A stretch of DNA of 64,000 bases, taken from assembly GCA_009914755.4 (NCBI GenBank), contig CP068257.2, positions 24,224,001 through 24,288,000 of the forward strand. Reading direction: 5' to 3'. The translations under genes and the position numbers were made by a program. Of this stretch, positions 1 to 20,791 are shown piece by piece. Numbering within the stretch: position 1 is the stretch's first letter; the number at the start of each line of letters is the position of its first letter. A model generated the notes under the pieces. The model was given only the letters and a program-made list of their open reading frames with translations. It made no database searches and had not been told where the DNA came from. This DNA comes from the human T2T-CHM13v2.0 reference genome, Homo sapiens.

Positions 1-35
1 TCTTCTTTCCCTTAAATAAATCCACTCATATATGA

Positions 36-497
<462 letters not shown>

Positions 498-2596
498 TAG
501 GAAAAGCCACTGTAGAACTGGGGGCTGTTATTGCCAAAAATATTAGTTTGGTACAAAAGTAATGGCGTTTTTTGCCATTACTTTGAATGGTAAAAACCGC
601 CATTACTTTTGCACCAACCTAACAGTTAAACCAGCAAAAGCGACACACATTTTACAAAAGAGTCATGTAATTCTGTATCTGAAACTGCCAGCAGCAGGGT
701 GTTTTTTCATCCATTACTGCCATCTGAATATTTTCATCTTTTTGCCTCTGGGCATTAAAATGCAACTAATCCACCACCCACAAAACCCATTAGCATAAAC
801 AGTAAAAAAATGAGTGGTCAGACTACACAGTGATAGCACTGAAATTACTTGAGTAAAATGCAGATGTAATGAGGATGTCAGTTTCAGAGCAGTTTGCATC
901 ATAATAGACTGAACTGTCTTGGACTTCAATTCTGGGTTCTTTTCTAGATGACTATTGTCCTTTTTTTAAAAAAAAGAAAACATCTGTGTCCTGTTACTTT
1001 TTTTTTTTTTTTTTTTGCTTTCCCCCAAAGTTTTCTGATGTTAGAATTTAGAATTTTGTCTACTGTTTAAAAAGGAAAAAGAAAAATTTTCCACTAGCTC
1101 TCCTTTGAGAGAATGAGAGAATTCTAATTGCTTCTCCACTATAAAAGCACAAACTTCCATGAAAATGGTCATCGGAGAGCAGAGGTGACAGGATGTATAC
1201 TGCTGAACTTTTTTGCTTCCACTCTTCTAGATAACTGCTGAGAAAGGCCCCCTTTAGCTTTGATATCCAAAAGGCAAAACAAAGAAGGTAAGCACCTTTC
1301 AGCAGGGCAAGGACAACTAATGTGTTCTTCTGCCCACTGCAGCTGAGACCCATGGTGCACCTGCATTCTTTTAACTGAGACAACAAAATTCTCCCTTTAA
1401 TCCCCTTTTGGAAGGAGGAGGGAGAGAGTACTACCATGATGTATGTATTTTCCTTTCCTTACCTCTTTGTTCCTGAGTTTTTGCTTTTCAGACAATAAAA
1501 TCATTAGAATTAGAAGAATTATTATTATTATTCCTAGTAATGTAGCAACTGTCAGTTCCAAACAAGCCTCCTTGGCTCTGACAATCCCATGCTCTGCTAT
1601 ACAACACAGTGAAAATTGGGAGCATAAACTCATTCTGTTGCCTCAACAAAATTATATTATGGGGTGAAGTCTATTGGGGATGGGGCAGGGTACTTCATAG
1701 CATGAAGAGAATGCAGAATAATGTTCTTAGTCCCCTGTCTGTGTGGCCTATTGAAAGGGAAGAGATTATAAACCCTACTGTGGAGTTAATAAAAGTAGAA
1801 TCTGTAGGCCAGGGACTGCACGCAAGTTGACCTCTGTTGGGGAAAGCTCTGGGGGTACAGTGCTGAGAACCTCTCCTGGGAGTCAGATGTTTTTTGAATT
1901 ATCTTTCTGTTTGAAGAAGAATCTGCCTTCCATTCATTCATTCAGGGCTCTTTTGAGTAGCCCATGTTTCAAATGAGCCAGGAGGGACCAGACATGTGAT
2001 TATAAAAATACATTGAAATTGCCAAGGTGGAGTCTACAGCAGTGGTCCCCAACCATTTTGGCACACGAGGGACCGGTTTTGTGGAAGACCATTTTTCCAC
2101 AGACCAGGAGTGGAGAGGGGAGGATGGTTTCGGGAAGATTCGAGCACATTACATTTATTGGACACATTATTTCTATTATTATTATATTGTAATATATAAT
2201 GAAATAATTATACAACTCACCAAAATGTAGAATCAGTGGGAGCCCTGAGCTTGTTTTCCTGCAACTAGATGGTCCCATCTGGGGGTGATGGGAGACAGTG
2301 AGAGATCAGAAGGCATTAGAGTCTTATAAAGAGAGAACGAATTAGATCCCTCCCATACGCAGTTCACAATAGGGTTTGTGCTCCTATGAAAATCTAATGC
2401 TGCGGCTGATCTGACAGGAGGCCACGCTCAGGCGGTAATGTGAGTGATGGGGAGCGACTGTAACTACAGATGAAGCTTCACCTGCTGGCCTGCTGCTCGC
2501 TTCCCTCTGTGTGGCCCTGGTTCCAGAGATTCCTGGTCTACAGGAACTCGTCTCTCTTAGGTCTTTTTTCTTGAAGAGGGATTTGCTTTCCCAAAC

Positions 2597-3199
<603 letters not shown>

Positions 3200-4597
3200 C
3201 TTTCTGGAATTCTTGAATCTTTAATAAGATTCTAGGCTATATGTGCCTTTGGTTGAATTCTCCTGAGTTGTTTCTATTTCTCTGAGTTTGCCATTTTTCT
3301 TCCTCTATTAAGTATCTGTATTCCAGGGTTTTGTGTAATTCACCAAAGCTTTTATAATAATTTCTAAGAACAATTTTGATCAAAGACCTAAGAAGACAAA
3401 TAAAATTCTTCAGTAATAGGTATAATTTTCATCAAATGATTGCTTTCCTTTTTTTATTGTTAGGGCTCTATTGCTAAACGTGAAAGGGGAGCTGTCTCAT
3501 AGATAAAACCCTCTGGTGTTCTGAAGGATGAATGGGAACAGTGGAGGCAATTTATCAGAAGCCTGTTTTTCTCTGCCAGGTCCTCCAGCCCATTTCCCCC
3601 AGGTCCATGGAGAGGAAACTCTCATAGGAAACTGACATAAACATAGACATTTCACTTTGGTCCAGCCAATCTACCATTAAGAATATTCAAATCCATTTAT
3701 GAATGGATCTTGAGAAAGAAAAAATATATTGCTATGTTGGTTATTTTGTAAACGCCCAATGGGTTCACTTTGCTTGCCTAAACAGAGCCAATTTATCAAG
3801 ACAGGGGAATTACAAAGGAGAAAGAATAGTTCACGCAGTGCCAGCTTTGTGGGAGACAAGAGTTTTATTGTTACTCACATCAGTCTCCCTGAGCATTCAG
3901 GGACTGGTGTTTCGAAGGATAATTTGGTGTGTAGGGACTCGAAGTGGGGAGTGCTGATTGGTTGGGTTAAAGATGAAATCATAGGAGGTCAAAGTGAGTT
4001 CTTGCTGTCTTCTGTTCCTGGGTGGGATTGCAGAATTGGTTGAGCCAGATTACCGGTCTGGGTGGTGTCAGCTGGTGCGTCGAGTGCAGGGTCTGCAAAA
4101 TATCTCAAGCACTGATCTTAGGTTTTACAGTAGTGATGTTAGTCCCAGGAGCAATTTGGGGAGGTTCAGACTCTTGGAGCTGGAGGTCGCATGGCCCCTA
4201 AACTGTAGTTTCTAATCTTGTAGTTAATATGTTAGTCTTGGGAAAGGGTTATTATCAATTTTGTTTCAGAGTTAAACTATAAACTAAATTTATTCCCAAG
4301 GTTAGTTCAGCCTATGCCAAGGAATGAACAAGAACAGCTTGAAGGTTAGAAGCAAGATGGAGTCAGTTAGGTTTGATCTCTTTCACTGTCATAGTTTCCT
4401 CAGTTATAATTTTTGCAAAAGCAGTTTCACTTTCTAGTGTCTAATATTTTAGTAAGTCCTTCTCCTTCCTCCCATTTTCCTACCTTTTTGATCCTTTCTC
4501 TGTGCTACTTGCCAAAGTGTGCCAATTTCAATTCACTCATTTATTCAACAACTACTCCTTGAGCATCATCATGCACAAGGCACTAGACTAAACACTA

Positions 4598-5420
<823 letters not shown>

Positions 5421-5939
5421 AGGAATGGAGGAATGGAGTTATCATTTACTGAGAAGTGAAAGGCTAAAGGAGGAGCAAGACATCTGGAGTCAGATGTTGG
5501 ACACATTAAGCGTGAGATGTCTGCTAAATATTCAGCAGGCAACTGGGAACCTGGAGTTCAGAATGGAAATTATAAAAAGAAATTGCCCTACCAAGGGAAT
5601 TAACATCCTTGTCTTTCATTACTAGTTAATTATGCTGAGCTGACCAAGACAGGAAATGGCCATTACCCATACTTATCCCTAATAGAATGTGTATATTTAT
5701 CCAAATGTGGTAGTTTTAAAACAAGTTCTTTGACATTCTTCCCATCAAGAGATGGAATCTATGTCCCCTTTCCTTGACCTAGGCAGGCATTTGTGGTTGC
5801 CTTGGAACCAACTGGGTATGACAGAAGTAATGTTATGGAACTTTTGAGGGTGAGGCATAAAAGGCAATACAGTTTCTGCCTCTCTCTTTGGGATGTTCAT
5901 CCTTGAAACCCAGCCACCATGCTCTGAGAAAGCCAGGGC

Positions 5940-6531
<592 letters not shown>

Positions 6532-6695
6532 AGGATCATCTTCTAAAAAATTTTTTTTTAGCCATTGTATTGCTAGTGCCTGGCATTGTCTGAGTATATG
6601 CAGTAGGCACGCAATAGCTGTTTTAAATGAATGAACCAAGATGAAACATCTGTGACCATCTTACAAATGGAAGGAGGGAAGGTTGAAAACACTGA

Positions 6696-7054
<359 letters not shown>

Positions 7055-7528
7055 AGGGTAGTTAAAAATTGTATGCTCTGAATGTGTAAAACAGGTTGTC
7101 CAAGAAATCTTATGGACAATAAAAGTCATTTACTTTGGAAATTATTCTAAAACATTTTGAAATAGAGCAATGTTAGAAATGAGATGCTGCCTCTGCTAGT
7201 TGCCTCAGAGCTGGTTAGTTAGCAGAGGATAGATTTTCTCGGTTTAATAGCCATAAAGGATCTTCATATTCTGATTTGATCTGCAAATGTATTCAACAAA
7301 GTGACTGCATGATGAAAGCAAGAAAATTATATAAATAATTTCCACTCCAATTTTTCGTATATGCCCAAAGTCATACCAGTGTAGAGCCTTAACATGTTTG
7401 TATGTAGGGGACAGGGAACAGAAGCGTATTAATAGACACAGGGCCATTCAAGGATCCTCTACAAGACAGTCATTCCTGATTGACTAGCCTAAATCAGAAA
7501 ATGGTGTGTATGGTTAGGCCAAAATTAG

Positions 7529-7835
<307 letters not shown>

Positions 7836-8705
7836 TACATCCTGTATTTTCTAAAACATGCATTGCATTTATAATCATAGTGCATATTTTAAAGCAAAGA
7901 CAGGAATCTGGGTCTCTTAACTCAGGAAAAGATTTAGGTTTAAGTTATTGCTTTGCATATATGAATTATAATAAATACTTTTCATGTGGCTGATGTTAGA
8001 CAGTGTAGAGAAGAGAAGCAAGAGCAGAAACTCAGGGTCCACCAGCATCCAAAGCAGTGATTTTTATGATCCTTCACAGCTTAATCATGGGTGTGTGTGT
8101 GTGCTTGTTGAAAATGCAGAGTCCTGGGTCTCCAGAGATGATCTCAGTAGGCCCAGAATGGGATCTGGAAAACTGCAATGTTTGGCCAGGCTCATAGGTG
8201 ATTCTGATGTAGGTGAATTCTTTGAGAAACAGAGATGTGAAGGACAGTGCTTCTCTTACCTACAGGACTCAGGTAGGAGAAAAATGAGACAGTCATGGCT
8301 GGGAAGCCAAGGGACTTTTGGGAAAATATATGTAAAATGTACTAAAAGCACATTATGATGATATAACAAGATGTTCTCCACCACAGCTGTGTATTAGAAT
8401 CATCTGGGGCACTTTAAAAATATACCAGTGTGCAGATTTCCTCATAATGGTGGTAAATGTCCCTCTTTCAGCATGACTAAGAGATAAGAGAAGCTGCAAT
8501 TTTCCAATTATCTGTGCATAGAAGAAAAAAAAATCCAACAGAGTGCCCACTGTGGGCCTGCAGCAAGCAGCCACCACAAACCTATGGGTGCAGAAATCAG
8601 GGGAGAGGAGTCTCAAGAGATTGGGGAAAAGGGTGGAGGGAAGCAGAGAACTTAGAGAAAAAACAGACAAAGCCACTCCCAAAAGATAAAGTGAAACAAT
8701 ATTTA

Positions 8706-9065
<360 letters not shown>

Positions 9066-10532
9066 TCAGAGCCCAGGCTCCGGAGTGGGGCCTGACAGTG
9101 TGCAGACCAGACATGGAGAATCCATGCTTGTTGGGGAGAATCAGACACAGGGAGAGGAGTGGTGCTTCTGGGAGACAGGCACAGCAGAAGAGGAGACAGA
9201 ACAAAATTAAGCATCCTGCAGAAAATAGGAGACACAACAACTCTTCTATCTTTCCTGTCAACATCAGCCACAGAAGCAACTGCACAGAACATTGTTGAAC
9301 TGAGGGAAGAAGCTGCTCCTAACTAGGTCTCCTGCCCACAGAATGAACAGGAAGAGGAAGGAGTGGACCAACTTCTATAGAGAACAACTGCCAAAGTCAG
9401 AAGTTGCAAATCAAAGTTTTTCTGCTGGTGATGTCTCCTCGATATAACCATGAACTTGATGAAAATTCTAAGACAACACTCAATATTTATGAAATATTCT
9501 CCAACCTGCATCTGGGAACATGGAAAATATCAATATGTTGAATCGGAAATATAAAAACTAGGTAGAGAAATCAACAAAAAATAGGAGAAAATGAAGCCAG
9601 AGCTGATTAAATTCAGGAAAAAAATAGAAGAAAATCACAAAACTTTATCAGTAATAAAGAACAGATTACAAGGTGCCCCGAAGAGAATGGGTTCAAATAA
9701 AAACTTAATAAAGGGTATTGAATAAAAGAAGGATAGCCAAGAGAATGAAAAGGAGATAAAATAAAAAGGATCAGAGAAGATAGTTGAAATGGAAGCCAGA
9801 CAAAGGAGGTTGCATATTTGTATTATTGGTGTTCCTGAAGAAAAGAAAAACAATATAACAGAATATTTAAAACTCTAATCCAAGAAAAAGTTCCAGAAAT
9901 AAAAGAACTGAGTCAACTCTACACTGAAAGGGCCCAGTGTGGTATATAGGAAAACTGACCACAAATAATTCTGAGATAGCTCGGAAAATTATTAGACTTA
10001 TAAAAAAAAAATCCTCAAGGCTTCCAGGCCCAAAAAATATTTACAAAGAGAATTAAAGATTGGCCTCAGATTTCTCAAAAATAACATGCAAACCAAGAAA
10101 ACACTGGAACACCATTTTCAAGAAACCTAAGGAAAAACAAGCTGCTCTTCAAGTTTCAAGGTCACAGAAAATCAGTTTCAAACTCACCAGAATTCCAGGA
10201 ATACAGTACACGTGCTCTTGCTGAGCAATTTACTGGAGGGTGAGTTTCACCCAACCAGAATATTTCTGGGAACAAAAGGACCAACAGAGATCATTTCACA
10301 TATTTGACTGTAGAGCTGAGAATAATGTAAGAGTTCGTTCATGGGTTAATGAAAAACATGGATATGTAAACATTATATACTGATAAAGTAGAACAAATAC
10401 AACTAAAAAGGTGGGAGAAGGGAGAGAAAAGGGGAAAAGTAGAGTAACACCATTGACTGACATATAGGTAATAGGTGGGAATCAGTATCATCTAGAAAAG
10501 ACAGATAGTAACAGGTTAAGAAAGAAAAAAGG

Positions 10533-11216
<684 letters not shown>

Positions 11217-12954
11217 AGACACAAAATTCATAAGCCAAAAGAAAACGCAAGAGGATAGACACAGTAAATATAATACATTCAGCAATTACAATCTAAAATA
11301 TGACAGAATTGACATCAAACATGGTAGTTATATCAAAACTAGATCGGCTTAATTTGCCTATTAAAAAAGATTATTTTCGGATTGGCTCGTATAGCAAAAA
11401 CTCAACTGTGTGCTGCACACAAGATACACACCGAAAATGCAGCAATTGAAATAGCTAAAAATAAAGGAATGAACGAAAATTTACCAGACAAATGGAAACA
11501 GTAAGACAGCAGGCATTGCAATCCCGATACAGAAGTAGAGACTTCAAGCCCCAAACAGAACACAAAAGAAATATAGAGCTATAAAATGGCCCTTGGGCAT
11601 ATGAAAGAATAGCCCAATTATTCATAAGATAAATACAACTTAAAATTGTACTGAGATTGTACTCTTCCTGACCCATCATATTAGCCACAGCAAAGTCTCC
11701 CCAAATCTCATTAATCTTTTTTGCGCAGCAGCTACTCCTATAATTCTATTTGGCAGCACTTCAGTTTTGTATAAATTACCTATTGATTAATCCCCAGACC
11801 ATTGGGAGAATACTATCAATATACCTCAATTTAAGAATCAAGATTATAAGGCATTATCTTTTCATAATTATATATGTATGTATATATACATTTGGCTAGA
11901 CATTTTTTTCATTAGCTTTAAAATTGTCAGAGGCGTCTGAACCAGAGCAACTCCATTTTGAATAGGGGCTGGGTAAAATAAGGCTGGGACCTACTGGGCT
12001 GCATTCCCAGAGGGTTAAGTCATTCTAAGTCACAGGATGAGATTGTAGGTCTGCATAAGATACAGGTCATAAAGACCTTGCTCATAAAACAAGTTGCAGT
12101 AAAGAAGCCGGTCAAAACCCACCAAAACCAAGATAGCAATGAGAGTGACCTCTGGTTGTCCTCACTGCTACACTCCCACTAGAGCCATGACGGTTTACAA
12201 ATGCCATGGCAACATCAGGAAGTTACCCTATATGGTCTACCAAGGGGAGGCATGAATAATTCAGCCCTTGTTTAGTAAATAATTAAGAAATAACAATAAA
12301 ATGGGCAACCAGCAGCCCTTAGGTTCACTCTGCCTATGGAGCAACCACTCTTTATTTTCCTACTTTCTTAAAACTTCATTTCCCTTTCCTCTATGGACCC
12401 GCCTTGAATTCTTTCTTGCATGAGATCCAAGAACCCTGTCTTGGGGTCTGGATTGGGACCCCTTTCTGGTAACAAAATGATCAAAGTTAAAGCTGTAGTT
12501 ACTGTAACTGAGTTGGCCTTGGAATGCCATCCCATATAGTGCCATGTTTGAGAGCTGGTTTTCATTTCATTGGTGGCATTAGAAATGTACTATTATATTA
12601 GGGTTAATTCGCCCTGCTACCCCAACTAGCTAGCTACCTCCCCTTGGGCCAGGCAAAATGGAACAGTAGCTTGTACATATGAATTGTTAACATGTACATA
12701 TCTTCATACAGCAGTCATGTCTAACTGTCCCTAACAGGGCAAGGGAGATGACCGGTCATTTTTTCTCATGAAAACAAGATACACTCAGGTGAGTTTTGAG
12801 TTTGTTCACCATGCAGAATGTGACGAGATAAGTTTAATTTTCTAGCTTAGTGTTTTTAGCTTAAAATGTTGCAATCTAAAGCTAAAATGTTCACCTGAGG
12901 CCAAGGACAACACAGCAAAAACAACAGGGCCAATGTGTCCTCAGACCTTTGGAA

Positions 12955-13200
12955 TCGCAGTCAGATATCACTATGAACTGAGTGTTTGTGTTTCCCCCAA
13001 ATCCCTATGTTGAAACCCTAATCCCCAATAATGGGATGTGGAGGTGGGACCTTTGGGAGGCAGTTAGGATTAGATTAGGTCATGAGGGCAGAGCCTCACG
13101 ATGGGACTAGTGTTGAAGGGAAATGAAGAGACCATCTTATTCTTCACCATGTGAGGATGTGACCAAGTATCCTCATTTTTCTAAGAAAAAGAGAATGAGT
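12955..13200. repeat. Ancient mammalian interspersed repeat (MER-type; family name not recalled)
   Basis: ...ccccaaatccctatgttgaaaccctaatccccaataatgggatgtggaggtgggacctttgggaggcagttaggattagattaggtcatgagggcagagcctcacgatgggactagtg...caccatgtgaggatgtgaccaagtatcc, a frequently seen human repeat consensus. Confidence 0.4.
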
Positions 13201-13504
13201 TACTATTTTTTTCTCTTCTTTTCTCCATTTTCCAGTTTCCCATGTCCTACTTAGCCCTTTAGAAATGCAATTATAATTGTTTACCTCTCCTTCACGAGAC
13301 ACTCCCTACAGGGCAAGGCTGTCTAACATGTGTTTCAAAGCTCCAGTGAAACTCTCCCTCACCAGGAGACTGCTCAGGAGACAACAGTCAATTTACAACC
13401 CAAATTATGCCCGCTACAAAACTCTCCCCCACCTGGAGACTTTCGGACACCTTTGTAATCGAATTCTGTCCACAAAGACGTCAACTCAACCGCCTGGTAG
13501 ATAA

Positions 13505-13899
<395 letters not shown>

Positions 13900-13925
13900 A
13901 ATGGGCACTTTTAAAAGGAGAGCCT

Positions 13926-14287
<362 letters not shown>

Positions 14288-14639
14288 TTAGTAGCGTTCA
14301 GGATGAGAAACCATGCTTTACAGATAATCAGCTGTCTTAATTTTTATTTCCCTGGAACTTTTCCCTTTGTCTCTCATTTGGGACAAACTTGAGGGCCAAA
14401 ATATGGCAGCAAAATGTTTTAGATCAAGTAAAGACTGTAAATTAGGTCTATGAAATATTTTCCCAGCACTGGGAGACACATGTTGGCCCCAACTTCCTAC
14501 TCAGACTTGCAATTAAGACACAACAGGTGTGGGTACCCAACATGCGAAGACTTCTCACTGGTCTGTACGTCAGTAAATGGTCAAGATTGTTACTATGGAA
14601 TCATTCACACCAGCACAATGGTGCTCCTCCAAGAATGTA

Positions 14640-14645
14640 TTTATT
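14640..14645 (-). promoter_or_regulatory. APP: Distal polyadenylation signal AATAAA of APP
   Basis: Plus-strand tttatt at 14640-14645 within ...catgtaaataaatacattcttggaggagc (minus strand). Confidence 0.8.
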
Positions 14646-14881
14646 TACATGAAAACACCATTTTATACAAATTGAAGACACATCTTAAAAGAAGGGTTTG
14701 TCCAGGCATGCCTTCCTCATCCCCTTATATTGCCACTTCCATTTTCATCTTCTTTTGTATCATAAATGAAACTTCAGACTGGTTAAAGAAAATTGAATCT
14801 GCCTCTTCTCCCCACCCAAAATTACTTCGATTATTTAATGTCTGTAGTCATCCTTCAAAGAAAAGTCTTGCCCGGGGTTAT

Positions 14882-14896
14882 TTTATTTAATTTATT
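14882..14896 (-). promoter_or_regulatory. APP: Proximal polyadenylation signal cluster (two AATAAA) of APP 3'UTR
   Basis: Plus-strand tttatt at 14882-14887 and 14891-14896 (minus strand cataaataaattaaataaaa). It lies ~250 nt upstream of the distal signal, consistent with two APP mRNA 3' ends. Confidence 0.6.
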
Positions 14897-15741
14897 TATG
14901 TAATACAGTGTAGAAAGCGATCATGTCATAAGCAATGATTCTGTACAATCATCCTGCAGAAAATTGTTTTGGAGAATTCTTGGTAATTGAAGACCAGCAG
15001 AGCACCCCTCCCCACCCGCCCCGTAAAAGTGCTTACAATGAACAGGGATTCTTTTCTTTATCAAAGACCCAAAGATACGTGGACAAAAAAAGAAAAGCTT
15101 GAAGTCTCAATGCCTAATGTGTGCACATAAAACAGGCACGAAGAAACAAACGTGTGTATCCTCTTAATTCCTATATCACAAATATAGCAGAAGCAGCAAT
15201 CTGTACAGTAAAATGCAGTCATGGAAAAAAAATCTCTCTAAAGCATCTGAAATACTTAAAAATGTTTAACTTTAAAATGCATAGTGATCAGGAAAGGAAT
15301 ACTTAGGCAAGAGAAGCAGCTGAACTCCCACGTTCACATGAAGCATCCCCCATCGATTCTTAAAGCATATGTAAAGTAGGACTTAATTGGGTCACAAACC
15401 ACAAGAATAATATACAACTGGCTAAGGGGCTATGTGATAAATAATCAGGAGAGAATCTATTCATGCACTAGTTTGATACAGCTAAATTCTTTACAGTACA
15501 CAAAACCCATTAATAATGTAGTATAGAGACCAAAATGTAAAGAGAGATAGAATACATTACTGATGTGTGGATTAATTCAAGTTCAGGCATCTACTTGTGT
15601 TACAGCACAGCTGTCAAAAGGCGATAATGAGTAAATCATAAAACGGGTTTGTTTCTTCCCACATTATTCTATAAATGGACACCGATGGGTAGTGAAGCAA
15701 TGGTTTTGCTGTCCAACTTCAGAGGCTGCTGTGGCGGGGGT

Positions 15742-15888
<147 letters not shown>

Positions 15889-17188
15889 TTAAGGGTGAAC
15901 ATGGAGAAGCAGTAAAAAGATAAGGAGTACAGTACTCTTCTTTTGCCAAGATTGCAGAACACCCATAATTTTCTCCCCCACTTTGACATCTTGGAGCAGA
16001 ACGCCTTTGCCCACCAGTTACACAGATGCTGTGCTCCATGTAGCCACCAGGTGGCGGTGGAAACCTTGACGCGCTTGCAAAGTGTCCAGTGGTTGTTTCT
16101 GGTTCCCCAACTCCACAGTAAGTGGATAAACCCAGTGCAATGGTATTTTTTCCTCCCCTGTTGGGTCCATAAAGGACAAACAGAGTCAACGGAAGCCTGT
16201 TTTACGTGGAAGTGTTTTGGTAAAATAGATAAAACCACAAGAGTATCATGGAGGGAGATTCAGCAAAGTATACTGTATCTTGGGTGACACTCAAATCTGT
16301 GTAGAAAAATACTCGATTTCCTGGACTGCTGAATTTAGTCTAGCCCGTTTCTATCAAATTTTATGTTTGTTAAAATGTTAAGGAGAGGTTTGAGAATCAA
16401 TTAAAACAATAACATATACCAAAGGGGGCTATTATTTGGCACAAGAAAAAAGGAAGAGCAAGGACGACGCCATTCTAGATGATGTAATTTTTTAAAAACT
16501 GAGAATTAAGATACTATAGAAGTATGTTCAGCTCAAAGTTTAAAATCAGACCCTCTCTGTTAATATGTTGCTTTACCTCTAAGGTCAGGCCAGTAACTGA
16601 AGACGTTTTTCTCCCCCTGTCACTGTTAGAGCTGTGTGTGGCATTTACTGTCTGCAGGTTGGGCAGGGTACTTACCCCTACAACGTGGGCAGTGGCTGTT
16701 CTTGTTTTACTATATTTGTTATACCTCTCCCCGTTCGCAGAAGAGAGGAGGTCCTTAACTCTGCTGAATGAGTATGTTAAAATTCCTCTTTTGTAAAACC
16801 ATGGTAAGATGAAGAGAATAAATAGAAAGTCATCAGAATGAAGAGGCATGTTTTCCAGAGAAAAGTTTGGATGTACCATAGAGAAGATATTCCTTCAAAG
16901 GGATATTTCCTAGAATGGGCTGCTCATTCATCTCTGGGAGAATACTGCAGGCCCATTCCCCCTTGTTGAGTGTTGCCAAGTGACATTCCTCCCTTATGCA
17001 GCTTTTCCCCCTACACACCCCATCTGGCATGGATCTGAGCCTACACAGCAATGCCCCTGAAGCCAAGGAAGAAAAAGTACCAGCGAGGATGTAGTGTCAG
17101 CAGTAAGACATGAGGTCTCGAGATGGAGCTAGATATGTCATGACTAGACCACACTGGCTGATAACAATTCAGACTAAAAGATCTGTCA

Positions 17189-17794
<606 letters not shown>

Positions 17795-17918
17795 TCAGTA
17801 TAATCAGGTCCCCTGTGGTCCCTTCGGATAGCCCCACTTCATGAAGTGATTGACTCTTTTCAGTCTGGGAGTGAGGTGGAATGACTACCAGTGGCTAATC
17901 CCAAGGCAGCTGGAATAG

Positions 17919-18246
<328 letters not shown>

Positions 18247-20471
18247 ATGTGCCCCGATTCTTACGTTTCCATTTATGGAAGAGACTGTGCGCCACTGTGA
18301 ATCCCTCCCATCTACCACCCTGTGGCTCAGAGCTGCCTGAGTTCCCCTGCATCCAAACCCTCAGCTTACTCCAATGACAGACCTAGGCATCTCCCCTTAG
18401 CACACTCCCACCAACAAGCTCTGACCAAGGCCAGTACTCAGAGGACTCTGCTCAAATGGATGCTCAGCTTCACTGTCCTTCTGGGAGCAAATCACAGATA
18501 TTTTCCTTATCCTCTCCTCTTTCCTTTGCTGTGCACTGTTGTCAACAAATGAGGTCACCTGGCTTTAACTGGTAACTGTGTAATTAGCCTCCAACTTGTA
18601 AGTTAAAAACCATGGTTAAAGATTAGCACCAATAATGAGAGATTTCATTCACTCTGTAAATCTGTGTGCCAGGAGACAGCCTATCTGCAGCAGTACGCCA
18701 TTTGAACTTGGGCATCATTTTTGCTCCCCATCACCTCGAAACTGAGAACTCAAAGAATGCCCAGGTTAAAAAAAATTATCTTGCTTAGGAGATCAAGCAC
18801 AAAGCTGCTATGTTTCTGATTGTAGAAAAAAGCCACAATGCTGCTTGATTGTTGGAATATTATACTTTTATTTCTTCCAGGAGGCACATCTACCATCACA
18901 CTGGCTGTCAACAATCATTTGCATGCATCAAGGGCAGGGGAACACCTGGCAATTTGATAGGTTTATCTCCTCTTCAAACTCCAAAGCCTAACGCTTAAGA
19001 GTGCCCTGCTAGAGATGCGAGGCTCCAAGGCTGGTGCACAATCCAGACCTCTAACTCTCCTGTCTTTTCTTGGCTTCTGTTTTGCTACTTGATAATCCTA
19101 TTACCTTTTGCCACTGAGAGGACAGCTACATTTTGCCATTCCTGCCATGGGGCAGCTTGGCCCTCAGACCTTAGAGGGCTTAGGAGCTACAGAAGAAGGG
19201 ATTATCTTGACAAAAGGGCATCCAAGGAGTATGGATTGGATCTTTAATCTCCAGCCCCTTGAAAGCTAGATGCGAAAATCTGAGTACTCATGTCTATGGA
19301 TAAAGGAGGAGCACCAAGTAAGGGTAGCCTTCCTCTCCAGCAGGCTCACCAATCTCTTCCTCATGGCTAAGCTACAGCAGTGGCATGGGCCACCATGTGA
19401 AGGCCAGCCCTACCACGACACTGTGCAGACAGGGCCTCTGCACAGACACAATATTATTTCCCTTAAAGCAGAGCCAGGGAGGGTTTGAGCCCATGGTGCT
19501 TGTTCTGGAAGGAATGATAAGACAATGAAGTCAGAATTTCCATTTTCCAACTGGGCAGGAACATCTGTCACTTGCTGGGATGAAGACACACATACATACA
19601 ACCACTGAATATTCATTCTCTTCCCAGACTGCCTGGATTACACAGCAGCAGGAAATGATCTGAGGTCTTCATGTGACTCTCGGTACGCTGCACCTTCCTG
19701 AGACCTGGACCCCTGCACTGCATGGTGGCATGGCTTCAACTGGCTGCTGCCTATGACACACGCTGAAAAGAGCTGAGCCCAAATAGCCTGACCAGCCTTG
19801 TTCTAAAATAGCTTTGAGGAGAACGTTTGACACTCTTTGGCTAACCTCCATACCCCCTGACCCTTTTCTCCCTGAACTTGATTCATTGGAACCATTTAGT
19901 CCTTCACTGTATCCAGAGTAATTTAGAGCTCAGCTATCCGCCTGCAGGGACAAGATTCTATTTGGGTGACCTTAGTTTCTAGGTCTCCTCCTATTGCCCC
20001 TAGAGTATTTACATGCGGGTGTGTGAGCTTGGAGGAGAGGCAGGAAACACCACGTTTACATTTTATTATGTACAGTAACCAGCAGGATGTGGATTAATAG
20101 ATGTCCTTTTATACAAGGGACTGAGTCAGGCCAAACGACAGAATCCTGTCATTGAGATGGACCAGACGAGTAAAGGAGGGTAAGGGAACTAAGGCGAACA
20201 ATACAACAATAGTGTGACACATCAAAGGAGCCACAAGTCTGCGGAAAAAAAAAATAAAAGCAAAGAAAATAGGAAGTTTTCAAGCTAGTGACTTATCCCT
20301 CGTAACCTCCCAGTAACTGCCTGCTACCTAGTTGTATAGATGCTTGTTTTCCTAATTTTGATGCCATCTCTCTATAGTTATATATAACTAGAAGGCAGTT
20401 GACTATGTTTATGGCCAACATCAAGCAATTCTTCAGGCAGGTTCAGGAACTCCTTTGCTATCCCTTCATAA

Positions 20472-20791
<320 letters not shown>

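Larger units (their letters stand above)
14621..15741 (-). other. APP: APP 3'UTR (~1.12 kb) to distal poly(A) site
   Basis: The reverse complement reads the familiar APP 3'UTR (acccccgccacagcagcctctgaagttggacagcaaaaccattgcttcactacccatcggtgtccatttatag ... tttcatgtaaataaatacattcttggaggagc). The end is placed ~18 nt 3' of the distal AATAAA. Confidence 0.85.
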
